A stretch of DNA of 64,000 nt from Phoronis australis (taxonomy: Eukaryota > Animalia > Phoronida), in assembly GCA_002633005.1 (NCBI GenBank), contig NMRA01000367.1, positions 374,578 through 438,577 on the forward strand. Direction: 5' to 3'. The notes under the pieces are model-generated. The model saw only the letters and a program-made list of their open reading frames with translations, was not told the DNA's origin and ran no database searches. Below, in pieces: positions 12,601-24,600 of this stretch. The translations under genes and the position numbers were made by a program. Position 1 is the first letter of the stretch, and each line of letters begins with the position of its first letter.

Positions 12601-15600
12601 CAATGTAGTGAAATATTCCCTTGTGAAATTTTCTCTAAATTAGTAGAGGTTGTTAGGCATCTTGTGATTTTTTGAAGCACAGAAAGTTGAATGTTTTATC
12701 CTTGTGACCATTTATAACAGTCTTTGAGTTGTTGTTGTGGTCAACAACTTATATAAAGTATTAGTCACCTCTTCACAGTCGCGCTAATTTATGGCAAACA
12801 TCAACTCATAGTAATTCTAATTAACTCATAGTCATAGCAATGCGGTTTCTAACCACTCTTGTTATTAGTTACTAACCACTTTGAGTATGTTAGTTTCTAA
12901 TTAACTGTTTCTTCGTTTTAGGCCCTCTATACATCTAGTGATTACAGCGAGCTGTTATATTTTGTACGTTACAGTCCGTTTATCACTCACCTTTCTCCTT
13001 TCTGAAACTGTATGACTGAAATTGGTTCTCTGAGCAAACAATAAGTCTGTGAATCACTGTGTCATCAATCAAATGTGTTGAGTATTATGAACGTTTCAAA
13101 TTAATCGTGCAATGTTTATTGCATATTTTACACCTGTTCATGTATCACATGTTACATAATGTGTCTAAAAGCTAAAATGTCCTACAGTTTCTAACTTTTG
13201 TTTCTGCGCACGTTGGCATGACATTATCTGACATACCTGCCTTTTCTCATAACCATCCCTTTGTTCCTTCTCATGGTTATTTATATAATTGTGTTCTACA
13301 GTTCATGGTAAACATGTGAAACTGTCCATGCTCCTGTTGGGATCATGCAGCTTTGCAGCGATGGTCATGTGACCCTTGCAGTTGTATTGTTGACAAATTA
13401 CCAGTCTGTTTCTTCGTTTCATTAACAACAACTTACCTAGTCTGGCGTGTAGGTTCCTGTTTGAAGATTGCTTATATGTTATTAAAAATTGACCTTGACG
13501 TATATCAGCAGTGTAGTTTACTACTCTATTTGTAAGTTATAGGCCCTGTAGTAACAGAGTGCAATACTGAGCTGGCTCTGCGGAATGCCAATATTGATAG
13601 TAACCATATTAAGCATTATGATGAAGTCACTGGACAAGATTTTAGTTAATTCTGTTACATTATTGGGAACTCTCATCAAGTTTCACAAATTTGTGATAGA
13701 ATGGCAAAAACAGAATACATTTTTTTTGTAAGTTCAAGAAATTTGTTGTACCCAAAATACATTTTAGCCTTAAAACTGATAGTTTTCTTTCAATGTTTGC
13801 CTGGTTACAAAGTGCTGTTTGCACCAAAATTTGACAAAAGACACCTACATCAAAATACAAGATTTCAGAAATCCATTTCTAAGTAAAGGGCATTCCTGTG
13901 CTCAGAGAGCAGTATTACAGAAGTCACTTGAAGACATTCTGTTCCAATGTTATGTCAGGTGGCAGGAGCCTATATGTTATTGAAGTCAGAATCACTGGGG
14001 CATGTTTTTATTTGTAAATACAAATGAAAAGCACATACAATTTGTTAGCCTTTTGCAGGTTATTTCATGACAGAGTAGTAGAATTTTGTACAGCAGGTTG
14101 AATCTGATTTGTATTCGAACTACCGTATTCGCTCTAATAAGCACCCATGCCCCTATAAGCGCACCCCCATGCATTTTCAGACTTCTCTGAAATAAGTGCT
14201 CACCCCATGAAGGTGTACATGCGAAAAATGTGTTACCTATACAGTCCTAAAATTCTACCGTAACAGTCTTCAATTTATCGACAAGAACCGACAGTCCTGA
14301 GAAAAATGTGCAGGGGATTTCTAGACCACCAGCCTCGTCGATATGTCGGTATTTAGCCTTTAAACTTCCGCCATGCTTCTAAAAGAACGCAAAAATTTTG
14401 CTGATCTCACGAGGAAAGTGACCCACTATGGTCTGGTCTTTCAGAACAGATACAGCGTACTTGTCAACTGGATTGAAACTTTCACATAGTTTCCAATTCT
14501 TCTCCTTCAACAGGATTCCTTCTTTGTACACGTGGGTCTCTATACTGTTGTACCTTGTGTGACAGGATTGTTTTCATTCATGCCCCATATGTCAGTGTGT
14601 GTAAATCAATCCCTACTACTAACTCTTAATTACCAATATTGTTCTCGTTTGGATTTATAATTCTATCACTAATGTAAATCTACGTTATAACCTGGCTTTG
14701 GTCTCTGTAACACCTCACTTAATTATTTTCCAAGTTGTTTTTCACATTTTAACTTAGCTGTAAGTTTTCTAAATAGTTATAAACACTTATGCTTTGTTTA
14801 TATATATTTCTCTAATTACTTAAGCATTCAAGAAGTGCAACCTTCAACCTTAACTCTGTATATTTCCACTGTTATCCTTGATCTGTCTGTATTAATGTTA
14901 CTTTTCAAAAATCCTTACATTCCCAAGTTGACAAACTCCTAAAAACAATACAAAAGTAAAGTTTCATTGCTCAAAGTTCTTTCTTTTTCCTTGGATGCTT
15001 GAAATTATCTAGTTTTGATGTTGGACGGTATACATGTTGTCCTCGACATATTTTCTCTTCGTTGTACTGCTGTAGGATTATGTGCTTAATTACAAATGAT
15101 TGACACGTCTCTTGCTGTTGTCAATCATTCAAACTCTTCAGATAACCAAACTGTACTTGACAGGTATTCCACATATAGGGTTTCCTTATATGCCATGTTT
15201 CAGATTTTACGGAAACTGTAAAACTGATGTAAAGGGTTGGCTTAAAACTGGTAACCATAATACGTAAAAAAGTCATTGCTTTGGTCCATTCCGGCAGAAG
15301 CTTTCATTTCTACCCGGCCTATTCACGGCCTATTCACGGCCTATTCACGGCCTATTCACGGCCTATTCACGGCCTATTCACAAAATTAAAGAAAATTTTC
15401 ACTTTTCTGACGGCTTATCTTAGTCAGATCATTTCTTCACTAATTATATTCTCCACCCATTGCAAATTTCCATCAGTATTTATTGGTATTGTTTATTTCA
15501 TTTAAAATGAATGCCTGTCTGCAAATCAAAAACCTTACAGGCAGACAATGTGATCTATAGTGAGGTTGCCATGGCTACACTGGGTAAATACTAGCACAGT

Positions 15601-18600
15601 GTGAGTATACACCAGGATTTTGTGGCTGTGAGGCATCATTAAATCATGAATACAGTACTTGAACTGATAAAGAAAGAGCCTGAAATGGGTTGTGAAGATG
15701 CAGGAACGACACAAATGTGATCACTTGCTTGCAATGCATGGTGATATCTCGCAACTTTTATTGTTGTGAGTACATTGCTTCTACTGAACAGGCACATGGC
15801 CCAATGTCCTTTGATGTCCAATGACCCTTTGATATTTTTGTTGAGCCCTTCTCCTTCCTGCGTATTGACATTTGAACTGATTGTGTCTACAGGCTCTACA
15901 GACATCCAGCGTGTACAGTGAGGTGGTGTCACTCAACACAACCACTGGTGGCAAGGAACCAGTCTCCAAGGAGGATGATAACTGGATGATCCCGACACTA
16001 GGGGCCACTGGTGGTGGACTGTTGCTTATACTGCTCATAGTACTGGCATTAGTCTTCTGGTAAGTACCACCACTGCTTGAAGCAGGACTGCTTGTTGTTC
16101 AACGCGAGATGGTCAGTTATCTAACTTGCCTTAGTCACGTGTTTATGAAGCTGTAAGTCACGTGTTTATGAAGCTGTAAGTCACGTGTTTATGAAGCTGT
16201 AAGTCACGTGTTTATGAAGCTGTAAGTCACAAATTAATCATTACAAATGTCAGTGGTCTGCACTAGATGTTTTATGTTAAAAGTATGACACAAAACATGA
16301 TTAGAGTAGCTGTATAGGGAATAACCCTTTGTGCGACTGGATCTTGGGACTAGTGGAATATTTTAGCAGTAGTAGGTTGTTTATCTTTTCTTTTTGAAGT
16401 TATACAAGAACCTTGTTTTGTTTACACACACAATTCACTTAGTATCAGCCTTAAATCCCTCACCACTTCACCAGTAGCTGTGTTTTGAACTGTCTTGTAT
16501 CTAGCTGTGGTCAGACTTGGTAGTTGTCATGGACACAAATCTTAGCTAAAATAAATAATTAATCTGAAGTCTTGGTTAACGCCTTGTACAAAGCAAGCAT
16601 GTGCTACTGAACAGAAGTGTGTAAGTATGTTGTATCACAGAGCTATTGTGTGCTACTTACACAAGAGTGTAAGTATGCTGTGTCACAGAAAGACAATAAT
16701 TGAGAAAATGTGGCACTTTCACTGGTAAATGGTTGGACACAATGTTCACGTCTCAAAACTGTTAAATCATCAGTTGCACCAACTATGCATAAATAATGCA
16801 GTATTCTTACTGCTCTCTGTAACTAGTGAGAAAAGTGAATGCTTTGTCTATATATGTTGCTATATATAGTCATTTCACCTTCTCTTAAAGATGAAAATTT
16901 CTAATTGTTATATCAAGCTGTTATTAATTATTGTTCTTTACTTCTCAATTGTTTTGTTGCTCAGTGTTACAACAGATGTGATTCAATGTTGCAGCCGTCG
17001 CAGAAAGAATCGCAAAGAGAAAGCACCAGAGCCAACTAAAGTGCCTGTAGACGTACCAATGCAGCACCCTAGTGATCCTGTGGAGATGAGACGGCTCAAC
17101 TTCCAGACACCTGGTGAGTCTAACATGAGTGTCTGTGTGAGGCTGTTGAATGTGCCCACTGCTGGTGATGGTCACGCAAGTGTCTGTGTGTGGCTGTTGA
17201 ATTCTAACTCTGACTCCATTCTGACCAATCTTTCTTTGTCACATGACCATGAAAGCCATATTTAAAACTTGGAAAGCATATAATTCAGCTGATTCACTGG
17301 TCTGTGTGCATTGACAAACAGTTGAGCTTTCCATTGTAGGAAAATTTGTTTTGGCTTGATTGGCAGGTTCTGCATAAAGAAACAGAGCTAGAAAAATCTC
17401 GCCAAAGTCACGTGTTCTCATTAAAAATACACTGCAATATCTTCCGAAGTCTTGCTTTTCTTGCGACGTCCTAGCCTTTATTGAAATCTTCCAGGATATT
17501 TCAGTAACAGCCTTTAAAAAAGCAACGGGATTAACCTGGTAAACAACAAATATTTGCATGTTATGAAATTTAGTTAATTTTACTCCCTGTTTTTCCAAAA
17601 ACCAGAAGTTGTGAATTATGGGTACACATAACATTAAATGTGGGTTCACATAACGTTGAATATGGGTACACATAACCTTAAATATGGGTACACATAACAT
17701 TAAATATGGGTACACATGACGTTAAATATGGGTACTCATGACGTTAAATATGGGTACACATGATGTTAAATATGGGTACTCATGACGTTAAACATGGGTA
17801 CACATGACGTTAAACATGGGTACACATGACATTAAACATGGGTACACATGATGTTAAACATGGGTACACATGACGTTAAATGTGGGTACACATAACATTT
17901 AAAAGAACACTAAAACCCATTTGGTGATTTCATTGTTCTGTCATGTGCTAATACGTCAATGGTGTCTCACTTGAGCATTTAAAGCAAGATTCAAGTAAAA
18001 ATTTATACGAAGTCATAAAGTGGATATTATGGTTCTTGGTGGGTGGTCTTTCCCTACAATTGTCATGTAACTCCATGCGCGCACCCAGGGGGAGCTTGAA
18101 TGAGCCCCCCCCTCCTTTTGGCGAAATGGACAAAAAGGTCCGCCTCAGAGAAACAAAAAGTCCACTAAAAAGGGGCAAACGCACAATTCACAGCTTTGGA
18201 CGTGGTACCCTGTTTTTTTAGTCCTTTGGCTTTTTTGACGGTAAAAGGTCAACACCATCGCAAATTCGAGCCCTCCTATTTTAAAGGCTGTGTGCGGGCG
18301 TGAACTCTCCTGAAGCATTGGTAACACTTGACCGTTTAGAAGGTTTTTTAGGGTTACAGAGCATTGTTTTGTGAAAGAGAAATGGATGGAAAAGTCCTTT
18401 ATAACTACTAGTAGGTGATTTTCAGTGATATAACAAAATGTGAAACTAGGTATAATTTTTCTCTTTATCGCACAAAAATAATTGTCAAAATTACCATTCT
18501 TATATTTTTAAGTGGATTCCCTGACAAATTATGGAAATTTTACCAAATGGGGTTTATGACACATAGTGAGTTCAAGACAAGCTAATGGTAGACGGAATTG

Positions 18601-21600
18601 TGATAATCGTCATTTTCAAATTTGACAGAATCAAGTTTCTCATGTCCACCATATTGTATGCTGAAGAGGCAAAAAATTACTGTGTATTATATATCCCTGT
18701 AAGAAATGCGTGTGTCTGTGTGTGATAAAGTCNTGAAGCATTGGTAACACTTGACCGTTTAGAAGGTTTTTTAGGGTTACAGAGCATTGTTTTGTGAAAG
18801 GAAATGGATGGAAAAGTCCTTTATAACTACTAGTAGGTGATTTTCAGTGATATAACAAAATGTGAAACAAACTAGGTATAATTTTTCTCTTTATCGCACA
18901 AAAATAATTGTCAAAATTACCATTCTTATATTTTTAAGTGGATTCCCTGACAAATTATGGAAATTTTACCAAATGGGGTTTATGACACATAGTGAGTTCA
19001 AGACAAGCTAATGGTAGACGGAATTGTGATAATCGTCATTTTCAAATTTGACAGAATCAAGTTTCTCATGTCCACCATATTGTATGCTGAAGAGGCAAAA
19101 AATTACTGTGTATTATATATCCCTGTAAGAAATGCGTGTGTCTGTGTGTGATAAAGTCAAGTAACATGCATGTGTGTGTTTGGTCAAGCCAAGTAAGTTT
19201 TTTGTCTTCACCGTTGTCTGGTTGGTTGTCCAATATTTTGTGGGAACTTGCAAATCTTTACATGACTGCTGTCTGCTAAAATATTGCTTTGCAGTGAACT
19301 ATTTACATAGCATAGTTCACTTTGCAGACAACTTGTAAGTGTCAGTGGTAGTTATTTGTGGCTCTAATAAAGGTGAAGTGAATATTGCATTGATATTAGT
19401 TCCCTGTGGGGTTCTTTGAAGTCAGCTTGATTGGTAATATGGTTGGTAACCTGTTTCTGGGCTGTCTGTCTGGACAAGTGAGAATGGCATACAGCTCATA
19501 ATTGTGTGGTGAAAGAGTGCCAGGAACTCACTGTTCGTGGCTTGCCTGAGTGTCAGTTCAGCTATGTGAAGGTTGTGAATGTTACTTTGTGAGGGTTGTT
19601 ATGGATCTTGGCTGACTACTGTCTGCCAGCTGGCCATTTTGGCATGATGAACTGTGTCTGGTGATAGATCTTGGAATTAATGAGTCAGTAAGTGCTGTCT
19701 GTGACTGACGGACTCTTGGGTTTCACAGTCAAGAATGAATAGTCTACTTGCAAGTAAGGTAGGGTTCTTAGTGTCTGAGAAACAGTCTGGTTGACTGGTT
19801 AGTGTTTGTTATTAGCATTGTTGAATGCTCGACAAATTAAAGTGTTGCCTTGACTGTTACAGGCATGATGAGCCACCCTCCCATTCCCATCACTGAGCTG
19901 GCCATGCATATAGACAGGCTCAAGACCAATGAGAATCTTAAGTTCTCCCAGGAGTATGAGTCTATTGAGCCGGGCCAACAGTTCACTTGGGACAACTCTA
20001 ACATGGAAGTGAACAAACCCAAGAACCGCTACGCCAATGTGATCGCCTACGACCACTCCAGAGTGATTCTACAACCAGTTGAGGGTATACCTGGCAGTGA
20101 CTACATCAATGCTAACTATATGGATGGTTACAGGAAGCAGAATGCATACATCGCTACACAGGGTCCGCTGCCAGAGACTTTCACAGACTTCTGGAGAATG
20201 GTATGGGAGCAGCGTGCAGCCACGCTGGTGATGATGACAAAGTTGGAGGAAAGATCAAGGGTGAGTAGTAAGGGTGATTAGGAAAGAGGTCAAAGATGAT
20301 CTCTGTTGTCATCCAATGAGAGCTGCCAACTATGAATAGTAAGTCATAATCATTTACTCGTCTTATTTATGGAACACTCTCCCTTCCCAAGACATATCTG
20401 CATTATCCTTAATAAGCTTTAAGAGAATTATATGAATTTTAATTACATGTGTTTTGTGTACGAAACCTGCATTCAGTATCCCCAAACCAAACTATGTGTT
20501 TTATTTATGTGTCTATGTATGAGTGTATAATGTGTGTGTGTATGTATGTATATATGTATATATGTATATATATGTATGTATGTATGTATATATATGTATG
20601 TATGGATGCATGTATAATGTCTTACTTTTATTAACTATTATTTATTGTCTGTTTATTAAATATTTATATTTTTATTTAATCATGTTTTCTTACTTTTTGT
20701 ATCTTCTACATATTATTTTTTATTATTTTTGTTTCATCAGTCTTTTCATCTTAGTTTCATTTCATCAGTCTTTTCATCTTAGTTTCATTTCATCATAGAT
20801 CATTTAAATGTTGTCTTTCATTTTGCACTTCTGTGCTGGTTTTACTGTCTTTGTATATTTTTATCGAGGGCCCCCATGGAAAGCATTGTGGACTAATGAG
20901 GATACCCTTATGAAATACACCAGGAGGCACTGTCACTCACTATGGTTATATAGTGTGTTCTTACTGAGGGCCACTTTCCAGCATCAAATTACATTATCTT
21001 GAAAATGCATTTATTTAAGTTAACCTGTTATTGTTTGTTACGGTATGATATGGAGAAGTACTGTATGTTCATTTCTCATTCCTCACTGGAAGCTCACCTG
21101 AGATTGGCTGTGTTGCAGATCAAGTGTGACCAGTACTGGCCCAGTAGAGGCACCGACACCTACGGTCTGATGCACGTCACTCTTATAGACGTCATGGAGC
21201 TGGCGACATACACAATACGAACCTTCACCATACAACGGGTGAGGCTAAAACTGAGACTGGTTGTCTGTATAAGACTGGGCGCTGTATGTCTTAGACTGGG
21301 GTCTGTTTGGAAGACATTGTTCTGATTTTGATATTACAACTGAATTGTGTTCAACAGTTCTGTCTGTTATTGTGGAATATTAATGGTGGATTGAAGGATA
21401 GTCACATGACCTGATCAAGATGGATCACAATGAGTTAATGGAATACTTGTAGTTGTCAGTCATTGCCTGACTTGTGGTTAAACACTGAATAGCTGAAAAT
21501 ACTATCAGCAGATGATTGTTTTGAAGGTGAAGCCAGTGTATTATGCTAAGTGTATTCTCTTTTGATGTGAACTAAGATAAAAGTTGATGGGAATTAGTTG

Positions 21601-24600
21601 AGCAGACAGCTGTTGTCTGACTTCAGCTTGCACACAACAATGATCACTTGCTGTTTTGTCGGACTTGCAAATATGTGTTTCATTTTCATCAAATGTTAAA
21701 TAAAATTAAGATGATTTTGAGTCTCCTTCATTTGTCTCCAGCACGGGTACCCAGAGAAGCGGGAAGTTCGCCAGTTCCAATTCACGGCATGGCCAGATCA
21801 CGGAGTGCCTGATCACGCCACACCCTTGCTGATGTTCATGCGTCGAGTGAAAACGAATAACCCTCCTGATGCCGGACCCATGATCGTACATTGCAGGTAT
21901 TACAGAGTTCATTATACTGAACATGAATGCCATTTGTTCTGTAGAAAATAACCTTGTAGGCATTGCATCACTCTTTTAATTGTGACTATTGTAATAATAG
22001 TCTACCATTATATCAATATATCATATATCCACAGTGCCGGAGTTGGACGTACGGGTGCCTTTATAGTCATTGACTCCATGCTGGAGAGGATACGACATGA
22101 GAAGACCGTTGACATCTACGGACATGTGACCTGCCTGCGTGCCCAGCGCAACTACATGGTGCAGACAGATGATCAGTATATATTCATTCATGATGCTCTG
22201 TTGGAGGCGGTGACCAGTGCAGGGACAGAGGTGCCGGCACGCAACCTGTACCCTCACCTGCAGAAGTTGACTCAGCCTGAGCCTGGAGAAACTGTAACCG
22301 GCATGGAACTTGAATTCAAGGTAGGGAGGTTGATATAAAACTGCTTTAGAATAGACCAACTTTAGGTAAAATGATCAAAGTGAGGTAGGCTGTTTAGCAA
22401 TTACAAGAGAACCCTCGATGGCAAGGGTTAGTGATAAGTAGGGTTTGGGCAATTTGACAAATTGTGGGTCACTCAGATATGAATGAATTTCAGAGTTAAT
22501 CTTCCCAACAGTTTTCTCATAGCAGTACGAGATTTTACCTTGTGAAAGTAAATATTAAACGTGTGTGTGAAATAATGCTTTTGGTGAGCATTATGCCTGA
22601 TGCGCCCATAGTTCTAGTGTACAGCAGGCCTGTGAGTGGAATATGGAGAGTGAACTGTCTGTAAGGTAAAGGCATGGATTCTTGAGTAAATCTTTTAAAG
22701 TGCAAGTAACAAGTTAAAGATATGCTCCTGTTTTATTGAATATCAATTGGTCTTTGTTTATGAATGAGTATGAAGTTATATTATTGAATATCAATTGGTC
22801 TTTGTTTATGAATGAGTATGAAGTTACATAAAGATGAGTACCATGTATAATGTGAAATATTTAAGCAGTCAAGAATTTTTGAGTCTGTACATGTCAAGTT
22901 TGGACTAATATATTCACTCTAACTTGCAGAAGTTATCGAGCATCAAAGCTTGCCCATCTCGCTTCGTCAGTGCCAACTTACCAGTGAACAAGTTCAAGAA
23001 CCGACTTGTAAACATCCTGCCTTGTAAGTGAATAGACAACACTTTACTTTGTACAATTAACACATGTTGTATGTTCAGCAAGAAGACTTTCTTGATAAAA
23101 GTACCATAAGTCTGTCACAGTTTGAAAGTGAAGTTGTGCATTTTGTTTATTAATGTTACAAAGTAACCCAATCGGTTGTTACATAATAATTATTGTCTTC
23201 AATATTTTTCAGTTGAGACAACACGTGTGTGCTTACAACCAATCAGAGGTGTTGATGGATCTGACTATATCAATGCCAGTTATATTGATGTAAGTCTATC
23301 TGTACTTGATAGGGTTTTATACTTGGGAAGATTGTGCATTACTCTCTTGAGTGCTTCCATAGGGTGTTTCATAATTTAAAATGATTCATTTTTTCTTGTA
23401 ACATTTGTCAGTGGAGCTGTTGGAAATAGAATCAACCAATAGTATCACTGACTAGCAATGTGTGAAATTAACAAAAGTAATCTGTTGTAAAAAGACCTAT
23501 TAGCCTCCGTGTGGGACTTGATTGAAAGAGATTAAGTGTTTTGGTCAGTGTTATGAGTGTATTGTATTTGATCGTGAATAAAATTTTGATTGGTAGATTA
23601 ATTTTATTCATCTTATAACAATGTTATAGGGTTATAGATATAAGAAGGCATACGTGGCTACCCAAGGCCCTCTGCAGGAGACTACAGAAGACTTCTGGAG
23701 AATGTTGTGGGAGCATAATTCGACCATCGTTGTCATGTTGACAAAACAACGGGAGATGGGCCGGGTAAGTTACCGTATAGCTTTTCGGGCTCCTATGTGT
23801 GCTGTTCATTTAATGCAAACAAAGATCTCATTTCATACTCAAGCAACTTTACAAAGACAAAATGGGAATACTGTCATTGTTCTCTTAATATTGCTGCATT
23901 GTGTAGTAGTCTTTCAAGTTCCTCGAGTGTTCCCTAGAGTTATAGCGACTATTTCTCTTGTGAATGTACATTACTGTTTGTTCCCTTTATAGGATAAATG
24001 TCACCAGTATTGGCCCACAGATAGGTCAGCCAGATATCAGTACTTTGTAGTGGACCCGATGGCCGAGTACAACATGCCACAGTACATACTGAGAGAGTTC
24101 AAGGTCACAGACGCACGGGTACGTGGCTAGGTGCATGATGGTTTAGGGCTGGATTTTGAGTTATATTTTTGGAGCCTAGAGGCTGTAGAAGGATTTTAGA
24201 TTCATTTTGTTTTAAGACTTTCCACTGTTGATGCTTAGAGGCGTGTAGATGGACTAGAGATACTGTTTAATACTTGTTAATTGCAGACTCTCTTATTCAG
24301 TTTAACTGCTTTCATGATAGTGATGTAGTTTGTTAAGTGGTTACAAATTTTCTGGTTACTCATTCAGTCTTGTTTGCCTGTTAAATATATTAGGCTAGTG
24401 GTCAGCATACTGATTGTATCACTTACAGTAGTCACCATACTGATTGTATCACTTACAGGATGGCCAATCACGGACAATCCGCCAGTTTCAATTTACTGAC
24501 TGGCCAGAGCAGGGTGTGCCTAAGAGTGGTGAGGGATTCATTGACTTCATTGGCCAAGTGCACAAAACAAAAGAACAGTTTGGTCAGGAGGGGCCTATCA

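Noticed and set aside
18311-19158. ~420-bp tandem duplication
   Set aside because: Near-identical copies split by a single n (18733); contig-overlap or haplotype artefact
20420-20920. Possible LINE (CR1-like) 3' tail with TA/TG microsatellite
   Set aside because: Too degenerate to support without a library search
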